Below, piece by piece: positions 1 to 9,320 of a stretch of 47,514 bases of DNA. The stretch is from Porphyridium purpureum (lineage: Eukaryota). The stretch spans positions 372,001-419,514 of the forward strand of contig VRMN01000012.1 of assembly GCA_008690995.1 (NCBI GenBank), in the 5' to 3' direction. Positions within the stretch are counted from its first letter, which is position 1; every line of letters begins with the position of its first letter. The notes under the pieces were generated by a model, which was given only the letters and a program-made list of their open reading frames with translations, did no database searches and was not told the DNA's origin. The position numbers and the translations under genes are program-made.

Positions 1-123
1 ATTCGCGCTGGTGGCTTGACGTTACGATCGCAGCGGGTGTCGGAGAGGAGACGTTCACTGGCTTGCTCTGCTTTTGTGCAAGAGTACAAGCTCGCACTCG
101 GTGTCGCAGAAGAGGTCTCGGCC

Positions 124-1971
124 ATGGCGGAAACCAGAACGCGGGGGCCGATACCTTCATCAGCTTTGGCTTCTGGAGACGGGACACAAATACATGAGGC
201 ATCTTGTCCCGCGCAGGTATTAAGTGGACACGCGGGGTCCTTAAATTCATTGGCATGGTCTTCCGATGGCAACCTTGCGTCAGGCGGTGATGATAAGGTT
301 GTCAAACTCTGGCATCCTCCGTCAGGAACGTGCTTGCAGACGTTTCATGGGCACACGCACTTTGTAACAAGCGTGCGTTTCGCCCCGGACGGAAAATGGC
401 TTGTGTCCGGCAGTTTAGACAGGACCGTGAAGCTCTGGGACGCCAAGAATGGCGCGTGCCTTCATGACTTCAAGCACAATCGGCACAAGATCTACGCGGT
501 CGACATCTCACCTCTCGGCCAAACTTTCGCTTCTGCCGGGGACGGCTTGAAGATTCAGTTGTGGAACGCGTGGAAGTACGAGTGTGAACACTCTCTAGGA
601 TCAGCAAGAGACTCACATACTCGCAGCGTAAAGTCGGTTCATTTCTCGCCGGATGGACAGCGCCTAGTCAGCGGGAGCTCAGACCGCACAATCAAGATAT
701 GGGATGTTTTCTCGGGGGATTGTATTCACACGCTGGATTCGCTGGGTACCGAAGTACAAGCCGTCCGCTTCTCACCCAGCAATGAGTTGGTGGCATCGGT
801 TGCACAAACCGGTGGGATCAGGCTATGGGATGTCCGTGCCGGCACATATGTGCGCACAATTCAAGCACCCGGGGTTATCTATTCATTGTCGTTTTCGCCC
901 GACGCACAGGAGCTAGCGTCCGCTGGTAAGGGTGGAAACATCAGCATCTGGAGCGTAGAGACAGGCAAACGCGTAGACATGTTGAAGGGACATGAGTGGA
1001 TAACACGCTCAGTTGCTTTTGCGCCGGACGGCCGGAGCCTAGCATCCTGCGGCACTGATCTTAAAGTGAGCGTTTGGATCACTCGCGAACTTCGGTCACG
1101 AAATTGCGAGTTGCCGTCGAAACCGCGGCCAGAACCGCGGCCAAAACCGCGGCCAGAACCGCGGCCAGAACCGCAGCCAGAACCGCGGCCAGAACCGCGG
1201 CCAGAACCGCGGCCAGAACCGCGGCCAGAACCACAGCCAGAACTGCAGCCAGAACCGCAGCCAGAACCGCAGCCAGAACCGCAGCCAGAACCGCGGCCAG
1301 AACCGCTAGTAGAACCGCGGCCAGAACCGCGGCCAGAACCGCGGCCAGAACTGCAGCCAGAACTTCAGCCGGAACTGCAGCCAGAACTGCAACCGGAACT
1401 GCAGCCAGAACTGCAACCGGAATCCCAGCCGGAAAGACAGCCGAAATCCCAGTCGGGATCCCAGCCGCAAATGCGGTCGGAGCAAGAGCCAGCACTGGTT
1501 TCAGAACTGGTGCCTCTCCCGGACCAAGTGCAACAAGGGGAGCAAAAGCCTACACAGGCGCCTGCGTTGCTCAATGTGGTCCGACCGGAATCGGAAGACT
1601 TGCCAGGGCTTGACCCAGCAGATATGGACGCAGATCTCCCATCGTACCACAGCTCCAATGAAGATTCTAGCCCAAATGCCGCGGGACCAGTGAAGCGCGC
1701 ACGTCTTGACAATACGTGGCAGTCCGTGTCTGACGCAAGCGCGCTCCTGGTGTGGAAAGACGCCTACATAGAAATAAGTCAAACTCTCGAAGTACCTGAG
1801 CTAAGCGTGGAGTCAGCAAGCGATGTGGCTTTTGAACTACTCAACGGGTCCATATCCTCGCGAGCCGTAGAATTGGCGATGCGTGCCAGAGATCGAAACA
1901 GAAGTGGGTCTATCAGTTTGACTCAATTCATCCTCGCTATGAAGGCTCTTGCGAACTCACGCATCTTGTAG
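124..1971 (+). CDS. WD40-repeat protein with Pro/Glu-rich repeat linker and C-terminal EF-hand/EH-like domain
   Basis: About 7 GH...WD repeats (e.g. [31 protein letters not shown]), a [12 protein letters not shown] linker, and C-terminal [19 protein letters not shown]-hand-like loop. First ATG is at 124 (gccATGg); the ORF track start at 16 is TTG. Confidence 0.85.
   Translation: MAETRTRGPIPSSALASGDGTQIHEASCPAQVLSGHAGSLNSLAWSSDGNLASGGDDKVVKLWHPPSGTCLQTFHGHTHFVTSVRFAPDGKWLVSGSLDRTVKLWDAKNGACLHDFKHNRHKIYAVDISPLGQTFASAGDGLKIQLWNAWKYECEHSLGSARDSHTRSVKSVHFSPDGQRLVSGSSDRTIKIWDVFSGDCIHTLDSLGTEVQAVRFSPSNELVASVAQTGGIRLWDVRAGTYVRTIQAPGVIYSLSFSPDAQELASAGKGGNISIWSVETGKRVDMLKGHEWITRSVAFAPDGRSLASCGTDLKVSVWITRELRSRNCELPSKPRPEPRPKPRPEPRPEPQPEPRPEPRPEPRPEPRPEPQPELQPEPQPEPQPEPQPEPRPEPLVEPRPEPRPEPRPELQPELQPELQPELQPELQPELQPESQPERQPKSQSGSQPQMRSEQEPALVSELVPLPDQVQQGEQKPTQAPALLNVVRPESEDLPGLDPADMDADLPSYHSSNEDSSPNAAGPVKRARLDNTWQSVSDASALLVWKDAYIEISQTLEVPELSVESASDVAFELLNGSISSRAVELAMRARDRNRSGSISLTQFILAMKALANSRIL
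1120..1440 (+). repeat. 12-bp coding minisatellite (CCAGAACCGCGG consensus) encoding [12 protein letters not shown]
   Basis: Tandem units are directly visible and drift from ccagaaccgcgg to ccagaactgcag/ccggaactgcag. Confidence 0.95.
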
Positions 1972-2269
1972 TCATCGTATGGGCATGGCGTGCGACATCC
2001 AGATTATGTGAAAGGCCACATGCGCTGGATCATTTTCTTGCTCACTGGCCTGACCAGGAACCAAAGACACTTTGGCTGTGCTCTTCTCCTCATTCAACAC
2101 GCATACTTTTTCAAGAGAGAGAGAGAGGACGCGTGCGAGAGCAAGCTTGTAGAATAGCGGCGTTGCCTGGGACGTGAATCGAGAGGAACATGGATCTAAC
2201 CGAGTATCTTGGCGAAGTGCGGTCCGTAGTCTTTTTTTTTTGTTTGCAAATGGATGATCCATGCTGGCG

Positions 2270-2560
2270 ACGGAAGGAGTTCGAAAGAGACAATGAAGAC
2301 GTGGAATTCTGAGGCAGGTAGAAAAGACGAAACGGAGCCAGAGTCAGCGTGTGTGGAACACGTGTGCATCTTTTCAGGTCGAAAGCAAGTCGCCGCGGCA
2401 TTGGAAGGGCCTGCTGTATGTTTGCTCAACAGACTACGTCGTGGAAGGTTGCGTTGTCGCGATTGATCATGTTTGTCATGTTGCCATCCAGCATTTGTAG
2501 GAACAGCGGAAATATCTATGTAAACTTCAAGTCATGGCGTTCTGAGTTTTGCTTCACGAG
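2270..2560 (-). mobile_element. Decayed pogo/Tigger-like (Tc1-mariner superfamily) DDE transposase fragment
   Basis: Minus-strand translation IFPLFLQMLDGNMTNMINRDNATFH...(stop)...TLTLAPFRLFYLPQNSTS resembles the DDE_1 motifs 'DNA..H' and 'LFFLPPNTTS'. In-frame stops are present. Confidence 0.45.
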
Positions 2561-3105
2561 CGTAGTGGATGATGTCAAGTGATGCTGGTGAACGAATGAA
2601 TGATCCCGGCGTAGGTAGGCGACTGCTTGCGCACATTCAAAGGTAGTTCGAACGCGGCGATCTTTAAGGAATTTTTAGCAGAAGAAGGATTTGTGGTCGT
2701 TGATTTCAGGCGGTGAGCATGGCGTGGAAATGTGGGATATGTCAACGGCATGCGAGTCGATGTGTAGGCTTTGCAAATATTTGGATGCGCTGTGTTCATG
2801 TGTCTGTACAGTAAATCATCCAGGTGGCGTGTGATGTGTGACAGTATTTGTAGGCGGTGAAACGTTTGCCTTTTGGGGAAAGCACGGAACAAGAAAGTTT
2901 ACATAGACGCGAGCCCGTGCTGGAATCGGCTACCGCTGACGTGCGGCTAAGCGACAATTCGGAGCATAATTACAGAGCAAGTTGGTGTGCTTGCGGCAGA
3001 TTAGCCTTCTCCTATGTACCGGCTCGCCACAAAGGCTGGATGCACAATTTGACACAAACAAAACTCAGACTCAATTTATCGCTCACGGACTGTATTTGCA
3101 GTGCA

Positions 3106-3690
3106 CTACTTCATCTTTTGCTGCGCGGGGCGACAGATGACGCGGTGCAGGACTTTGGAAGGGAGGAAGCGGTTCCACATGCGGTACACGACTCTGGCGA
3201 AGAAGGCATGGCGGCCTGCCAGCGTTCCTGTAGTAAGTAGAATTAAAGAGTAAATGGGGCTAACTGCGAGTACGGAGCCTATTCGGTACGACCACGGCCC
3301 ATCCCGCATATTCCCTTCCAGACCCATCTTGTTCAGCGCTGGGCGAACGACGCGCACGCTTGTCGTACCCACAATACCAAACACGACACACAGAAACAGC
3401 TTATCCAGCACCCACTCCACACTATACTTTGCCAACTGCGGCTGCGCACGCGTGGACCAGTCCATCAAAGACTGAAACGCGGTAGGCGCTCCAGCGGACG
3501 TCTTTGCCGCCGCAGCCCCTTGCTTGGCGCTGCCCGATCCATTCCTCGGTGGCGGCACGCCTTGGTGACTCCACCTCGCGATTTGCCACGCTGTCGAGGC
3601 GTGCGCCACATCCCTTCTCATCTTCCCATCGACGCGCTTCCCACATTGCCACAGCCAGGCCGAGCTCACCGTCCTCCTCAGCGCAGCCAT
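3106..3690 (-). CDS. Small membrane protein with DUF6787-like C-terminal domain and probable mitochondrial presequence
   Basis: ATG-initiated 194-aa ORF with an Arg/Ala/Ser-rich N-terminus. Hydrophobic segments LFLCVVFGIVGTTS and SPIYSLILLTTGTLAGRHAFF resemble DUF6787 (from recall). Confidence 0.7.
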   Translation of the reverse strand: MAALRRTVSSAWLWQCGKRVDGKMRRDVAHASTAWQIARWSHQGVPPPRNGSGSAKQGAAAAKTSAGAPTAFQSLMDWSTRAQPQLAKYSVEWVLDKLFLCVVFGIVGTTSVRVVRPALNKMGLEGNMRDGPWSYRIGSVLAVSPIYSLILLTTGTLAGRHAFFARVVYRMWNRFLPSKVLHRVICRPAQQKMK

Positions 3691-3967
3691 TTCTCAATCC
3701 CCACGCAGCCACCGAAATCCCACAAGAGGTCTCGACAGGACACTCTCACCCCCCTCGTTCAAACCGTGAATTCCACAAACACGAACACAAAATGCACGAA
3801 TTCTTGCAGCCAGGGAAATGCCACGCCGTGTGCGCGTATCGCCGCGCTCCGTACACCGGCAGCCACCACACTACACACCCACACAATCACTGCCTCCGTC
3901 TCTTTCTCCCTTCTTCTCGCGCCAAGCGCGCACGAACAAAATCTTTTTCTCTTCGTCTTTTTCTCTT

Positions 3968-3992
3968 TTAGGGTTTCCTGTCGAAACCCTAA
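3968..3992. promoter_or_regulatory. Inverted pair of telo-box-like motifs (TTAGGGTTTC-n5-GAAACCCTAA)
   Basis: Perfect 10-bp inverted repeat built from AAACCCTAA, about 280 bp upstream of the 3690(-) gene. Confidence 0.5.
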
Positions 3993-4739
3993 CTTTCACT
4001 GAACACCCCATCAAATCATAAAACACCCTCGTTTTATTAGATACTGCGATCATCGGTTCGGGATACTGTACCTCCAGTTTTGCGTGGCGAATCATGCCGG
4101 GTCAGATCTGTTCTGCCGGGTTGGAAGAGGTACAGTGTGATGTTTATTCGTGAGTTGTGCGAGTTTAATAGAAAAATGGTACAGTGCCGGGTAACCCTAG
4201 AGTTGGGTTTTGTGGAAAAGTTACCCGGGTTTGCGCGAGCGTGCGCGGTTGCGCGTGGCGGCACGGCTTCGACGCGATAGGCGCGTGCGTTTGTGTGTGA
4301 GAGAGTGTGTGGCGAGTGGCAGATGTGGCGGCTCGTTCGTGTCTGAGTGCCGCGCGTGGCAATGTGGCGCGCCGCATGTACCTGCGCATGAGTTCACGCG
4401 CTGCGGAGAGACGCGCCGGCTGGAGAATGGCGGAATGTGCTTGGCGTTGTCGGGCGGGTTTCACCGAAGAGCGTGGACCGAGAGGCAATGGACGTGGTGT
4501 GAGCGCCGTCTCGCGCCGTGCGTTGAGCACGCCCAGAGCTGTGGCTCTTGATCGGTCATGATGTAAGGGCGCGTGGTGGGTTTACTCGGATGAGGAGGGA
4601 TGATGCTGATCGCAAGGCGGCTGCCGCGTACGATGAGGGAGAACATTACGCGTCCAGATGGACAGGGTGCAAGACACTTTCGCGAGGTGTGAAGTATGCC
4701 AACGGAGGCAAAGCGATGCTTGTTGCGTCAGCGGCGGCT

Positions 4740-5400
4740 GGGCGACAGGACGTCGTCTTTGACGTGTCGCCACATGGTGCGCGTGCACCTGCTGCGGAGC
4801 AGGAAGCGTTGCATTCTGCCCCGGCGAGGCGTTGTGCGACTTGCGCTGACAGTATCACTGTCGGTAGTCGCGGGGGCCCGTCAGGTCCCGTTGGTCTCGA
4901 GGTGAGCCAGCTGGAGATCAGCAACGCTCAGCACCGTTCAGCAGGCGCGCGGCGCCAATCGGCTCTGTCGTGGCCGAATATATTTCGACTGATTCATGAA
5001 AAGCAGCGAGGGCAGGCCATGAGTGTGGTCAAGTGAAACAGGCTCTGCGTGCACATGGCCGTTGTGCACGCGACGATGTGAGAAAAAATCTTGGTACGGA
5101 GCCTCTTTCCGTCGAAGAAGTTGGTTTTCGGTGGCTGGGGCGCGACGCCGACATCCAGCTTCTGGAAGGAACACGACGGCAGGAGCGGCACCGAGCGTGC
5201 GATGGCGCTGGACGGCTGTCAAAGACGCGAAAGCCAAGCGAGGCTCGCTGACTATAACTCTATCGGAAACTCAGAAGCGTTTTGCGACGCGTGGAAGTGG
5301 ACGAAGACTAAACGCAACGACTCTCACCACGATGCGTGCAGTCCATTGGACTCATGTGGCTGGATTCGCGGCGCAAGCGCTGGCTTGTATCTGCAGCGGA
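4740..5400 (+). mobile_element. Possible highly decayed Ty3/gypsy pol relic (RNase H to integrase), repeated in each array unit
   Basis: Fragments in changing frames appear in the expected order: VVFDVSPHG (cf. TDAS.YG), LEVSQLEISNAQHRSAG (cf. LSQY.F.I.HRPG), EEVGFRWLGRDADIQ (cf. F.WPGM..DI), WTHVAGFA (cf. W..IH.DF). No intact ORF. Confidence 0.3.
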
Positions 5401-5675
5401 GAACGGGGCGACTGAAAGACGGCATGGTGAGCTACCCAAGCAAGCCTGGTGAGAATCCAGAGTGAGATGGAACATGTCCGTAGAGTAGGGTGCCAGCTTG
5501 AATTGCGGGTTGGCAGATGATTGAGCGCCAATGCTTCATTCAACAATGTTGGTACGCAAACAGGTTGCGCGAGTGCATCGTGCAATGAGCCATGCAACCT
5601 GCACGTCTGTGCCGATCGTCTTGCCTGGGGGGCTGCGTGACAGGTGTTTCAACGCATCCCATGCCATGGTGTTCA

Positions 5676-5676
<1 letters not shown>

Positions 5677-5742
<66 letters not shown>
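5677..5742. repeat. (TGCCTG)11 microsatellite, array copy 1
   Basis: Directly visible, 66 bp. Confidence 0.95.
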
Positions 5743-5744
<2 letters not shown>

Positions 5745-6726
5745 GCGCAAGGCACGTAGGCTGATGGCTTATTTCTTAGTACAGCTTTGCGGAGCCGATA
5801 TCGGAGAAAAAAAGGAGAGTGTGCTTGGGCGTGCAGATCCAAGCGACCATCTTGTTGGGCACAGTAAAAGTGTGCTCATCTGCCCTTGGAGAAGGGCTAA
5901 TCATCAGCCAGTGCTTGACTGGCGCTGTCCGCTTTGTCTACTACCTACGGCGTTGCCGAAGACACAAGATGAGGACGTGCGCGTGGTAGCGGCTGGAACT
6001 GGACTGCGAAGCGTTGGGTTGTGTGAGTCGAATGTCGTTGTGGGCGGTGGGAATGATTCTCTGATGAATGACCCAGAAGTGGCTTCGCGATGCACAGTGC
6101 ATGGTAGACGTGCCGCCATGATCACGTGATCATGTTCAAGTTTAATTCACATCGTTCTCCGCTTTTGGTATCGTTTGCTGCATGCGAGCCAATCAAATTG
6201 CGATTGCGCGCGCTTCGAAAAAGGAATAATGAGGTCTTTAAACGAAGCTGCTGGAAATCGTATCGCATGGCTTTGCAGCCTCACTTCGAGGTGTGTAGAA
6301 AACAAGCACGGCGGAGAACAATATTCATCGGCTCAGAGGAAAATTATTCCCACACGCCGTTGTGTGCGCCGCGTTGTGTCACGCAAGTACAGAGCGGCTT
6401 TTCTTGTGTGTTGCGCTTCGTCGGCCTCGACCATGACCACATGCGAGATCCAAACGGACTCCTCCCTTCCGACTGACTCCGAAGCAAAACGCCCACGCAA
6501 AGCATGAAAAAACAACGACGAAAATATCTAGAAACCATCGCTGGCAACATCTGATTTGGACTGTGTCCGGAGCGTTTTTGAATTGTACTTTTCGATGCGA
6601 CGAAAATCGGTGTGTTTCGCGCCGTCAACGACGCGCGCCGGAAGATGAACACAGAGTGTCCATGAAGTTGTGAGATGGGCTGCCGTGGCTATTTAAAGAC
6701 ATGATGATGGTGTGGCTGCAGGGAGA

Positions 6727-6770
6727 CGTGTGTGTGCGTGTGTGTGCGTGTGTGTGCGTGTGTGTGCGTG

Positions 6771-6802
<32 letters not shown>
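6727..6802. repeat. (CGTGTGTGTG)n/(GT)n alternating purine-pyrimidine microsatellite (also 12003-12078, 17267-17342, 22531-22606)
   Basis: Directly visible. It is followed by a G-run tract and AATATAA upstream of the Cys-rich gene. Confidence 0.95.
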
Positions 6803-6999
6803 GGGAAGAAGCGGTAGGTGGGGGGAGGGGGGGGCTTTTTGGACTTGTGGAAAAGCGAATATAAGGCTGCGTCGAGGTTGGGCGGCTCATCTTCGCTCTT
6901 GTGTGCTTGTCGCCATAGTTAAGGGCGCAGCAGGGACGAAAGGGTGACCCACCGATTTCGGTTGCCCGCTCTTCGTCTCTATCTGATTCTTTCGCCGCG

Positions 7000-8190
7000 A
7001 TGCTGACACGCAGTCGCACTCGCGTGCGTGCTCGACTTGCCTGGGAACTGCTTGTTCTTGCTATTCTCCTGGTTCTCGTCGACTCGCGTCGAGGCCTTCT
7101 GCGAGCTTCGGTAGAGGCGGTCGGCCTTCGTTGCGATGCATGCTCGACCGACTTTGATTGTGTTGGCGTTCTGGGATGCTTCGAAGGCACGTGCGAGCTG
7201 GCGTCGGACCCCATTGGCATTTGCGAGACCGGATGCTGTCAAGCGTGCGACTGCTCGGTGAACACGGTGTGTGTGGGCGACTCCGGGGCGTCGTGCTCGG
7301 AGGATTGCAATTGCAGCGGTGACTTGGTGTGTGTGGACGGCCAATGCGGATCGGGAGGTCCGGGTCCACCGCCTTCAACCGGGCCGCGCTGCAGTACCTG
7401 CTCGACCGATGCAAATTGCGCTGGGGTACTGGGATGCTTCGAAGGCACGTGCGAGCTGGCGTCGGACCCCATTGGCATTTGCCAGACCGAATGCTGTGAA
7501 GCGTGCGACTGCTCGGTGAACACGGCGTGCGTGGGCGCCTCCGGGGCGTCATGCTCGGAGGATTGCAATTGCAGCGGTGACTTGGTGTGTGTGGACGGCC
7601 AATGCGGATCGGGAGGTCCGGGTACACCGGGTCCACCGCCTCCTCCGCCTCCTCCGCCTCCACCGCCGACACTGCCAACACCGCCGATAATGCCGCCACC
7701 TCCACCGACGTCACCGCCACCGGAGCCGGTGTGTATCGACGCCGAGTGGATCGAGGCGCGTGGGTTGGAGAAGGTGCATGCCTCTGATGGCGTGGGCGAG
7801 TTGCTGTGCATTGTAGGTCTGGACGACATTCCGTGCGGCACGCCCGACCACGTGCTTGAAGTTGCCGAAATTGCGGGTGCTGCTCGCATGCGCGCGTCGA
7901 GGTCGGTGCTTCGCACGTACGCGGACGTGTGTGCGGCGCGCGCGTGCACGTCCAAGGTGGGCCGCTTCAATGGCGTCTTGCACTCGGATGCGCACTTGAT
8001 GCCGACTCAGGAGGGCCACACGCTGACGACAGTGGCGCATCGAGGTACGATTTGGAGTGGCGTTGAGAACCGTGTCGTGGTGGCCGCGCAGCGCATGCAG
8101 TCTGCGCGCATCAACCGAGCCCTGGCGTACTTGCAGCAGAAGAATAGCGTGCAGCGCCTGGATGATACGAAGCGGGGTGTGACCGTTTGA
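7000..8190 (+). CDS. Secreted Cys-rich protein (signal peptide, two 16-Cys modules, polyproline stalk, C-terminal domain), copy 1
   Basis: Basic n-region plus LLVLAILLVLV h-region. Internal 258-bp (86-aa) duplication starting at 7129 and 7387. PPPP stalk, then VCIDAEW...CGTPDHVL domain. Confidence 0.88.
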   Translation: MLTRSRTRVRARLAWELLVLAILLVLVDSRRGLLRASVEAVGLRCDACSTDFDCVGVLGCFEGTCELASDPIGICETGCCQACDCSVNTVCVGDSGASCSEDCNCSGDLVCVDGQCGSGGPGPPPSTGPRCSTCSTDANCAGVLGCFEGTCELASDPIGICQTECCEACDCSVNTACVGASGASCSEDCNCSGDLVCVDGQCGSGGPGTPGPPPPPPPPPPPPTLPTPPIMPPPPPTSPPPEPVCIDAEWIEARGLEKVHASDGVGELLCIVGLDDIPCGTPDHVLEVAEIAGAARMRASRSVLRTYADVCAARACTSKVGRFNGVLHSDAHLMPTQEGHTLTTVAHRGTIWSGVENRVVVAAQRMQSARINRALAYLQQKNSVQRLDDTKRGVTV

Positions 8191-8872
8191 GGAGGTTGCG
8201 GGCACGGAGACTGTGCGAGAAACGTGCTCGCATGACGGCAGGAGTCGTGGCGCCCGGCCGATCGGCGCGCGTGGAGTCGGTCCAGTTTGTGCCAATCTGT
8301 GGCGGAGCATCCAGATGAACGACGAAATGCACGGTTTGGGATGTCCTGGGGCAATGAAAACATGACCCCCGGCTTTCGGAGACGGCGCGCCCGCTGCCTG
8401 TGAAAGGGCGACGGATTTTCTCCCCCGGGGTTTTTGCCGACGCTCTCTATTCTTCTTTCTCTCGAGAGTTTATTCTTTTTCTTTAAAGTCTAAGTGAATG
8501 TCTGAAGCAACTGCTGGGGCGCCATGTTAGTTCACTGCTGCGGAAACCCTTTCCGTCGTCATTGGCACAATGCGCAAAAGGTCTGGCCTGCCAATTGGCC
8601 ATGTGTGAGAGCAAAGCAGAGGGATCTTCCAGTTTGTCCCAGTATTTTCCCGACAATTTGGCAAGTGTTTTATTCTGTTCCCCCATCGAGGGTATCTCCC
8701 CTGCAGTAAGTGAGCCCGTCCAGGTCAAATGAAGTACCTACCGCTGCGGCGCGAGACGCACCCTGGGAAGCACGGAAGAGGAAGCCAGATTAAGTATCCT
8801 TGTCAAAAGCTGGCTGCGATGGTAACACATGACGAGCTGGAGCAGAGCCTACTTTCTTTCGCAACTATTATC

Positions 8873-9320
8873 TCACTGAAGTACCAGCGTGCATTCGCCC
8901 AGGCGAGCCTCAATGGTTTTCATCACTTTTTCAAGTCCCACACCGGTGGTGGACCACAACTCGTCCTCCTTGAACACGGCCGACACTGCCACAACGACGT
9001 CTCCCTCCTTCACACCAGCCTTCTCTCCATTTGATCCCGCAGCGACCTCGCGCACAAACACCATCCCGTCGTCCCGCTCTTCAAGCAGCAGTCCAATCGG
9101 CTTCTCCACCGTCACCTTTCGCTCGCCTTTCTGGACTGGGCGGTTCTCACTCTCCTCCATGCCGTCCTGGTGGATGTTGAAAATCTCTTTCGCGTCCTCT
9201 GCTGCCATGTACAACGTGGCGGGCGAGCGCCTCGCTTGCGGCGTCATGCACGCCGGCTCCATTGCGTTCGCCAGCTTGTGCGGCACCACCTGCGCCGCAA
9301 GCTCCGACAAAGGCAACCAT
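8873..9320 (-). pseudogene. PDZ-domain gene copy with frameshifted transit peptide (net 23-nt deletion); may restart at ATG 9262
   Basis: The ATG homologous to MVAFV is at 9320 but spans 448 nt to the stop, versus 471 in the intact copy. The PDZ body is identical. Confidence 0.7.

Noticed and set aside
1074..1613. Overlapping ORFs of TAAR (+) and AAVL (-) repeats
   Set aside because: Stop-free shadow frames of the 12-bp coding minisatellite.
5531..6129. ORFs with CACACA, CLCLCL or GTGTGT runs
   Set aside because: Translations of the TGCCTG microsatellite with no other coding signal.
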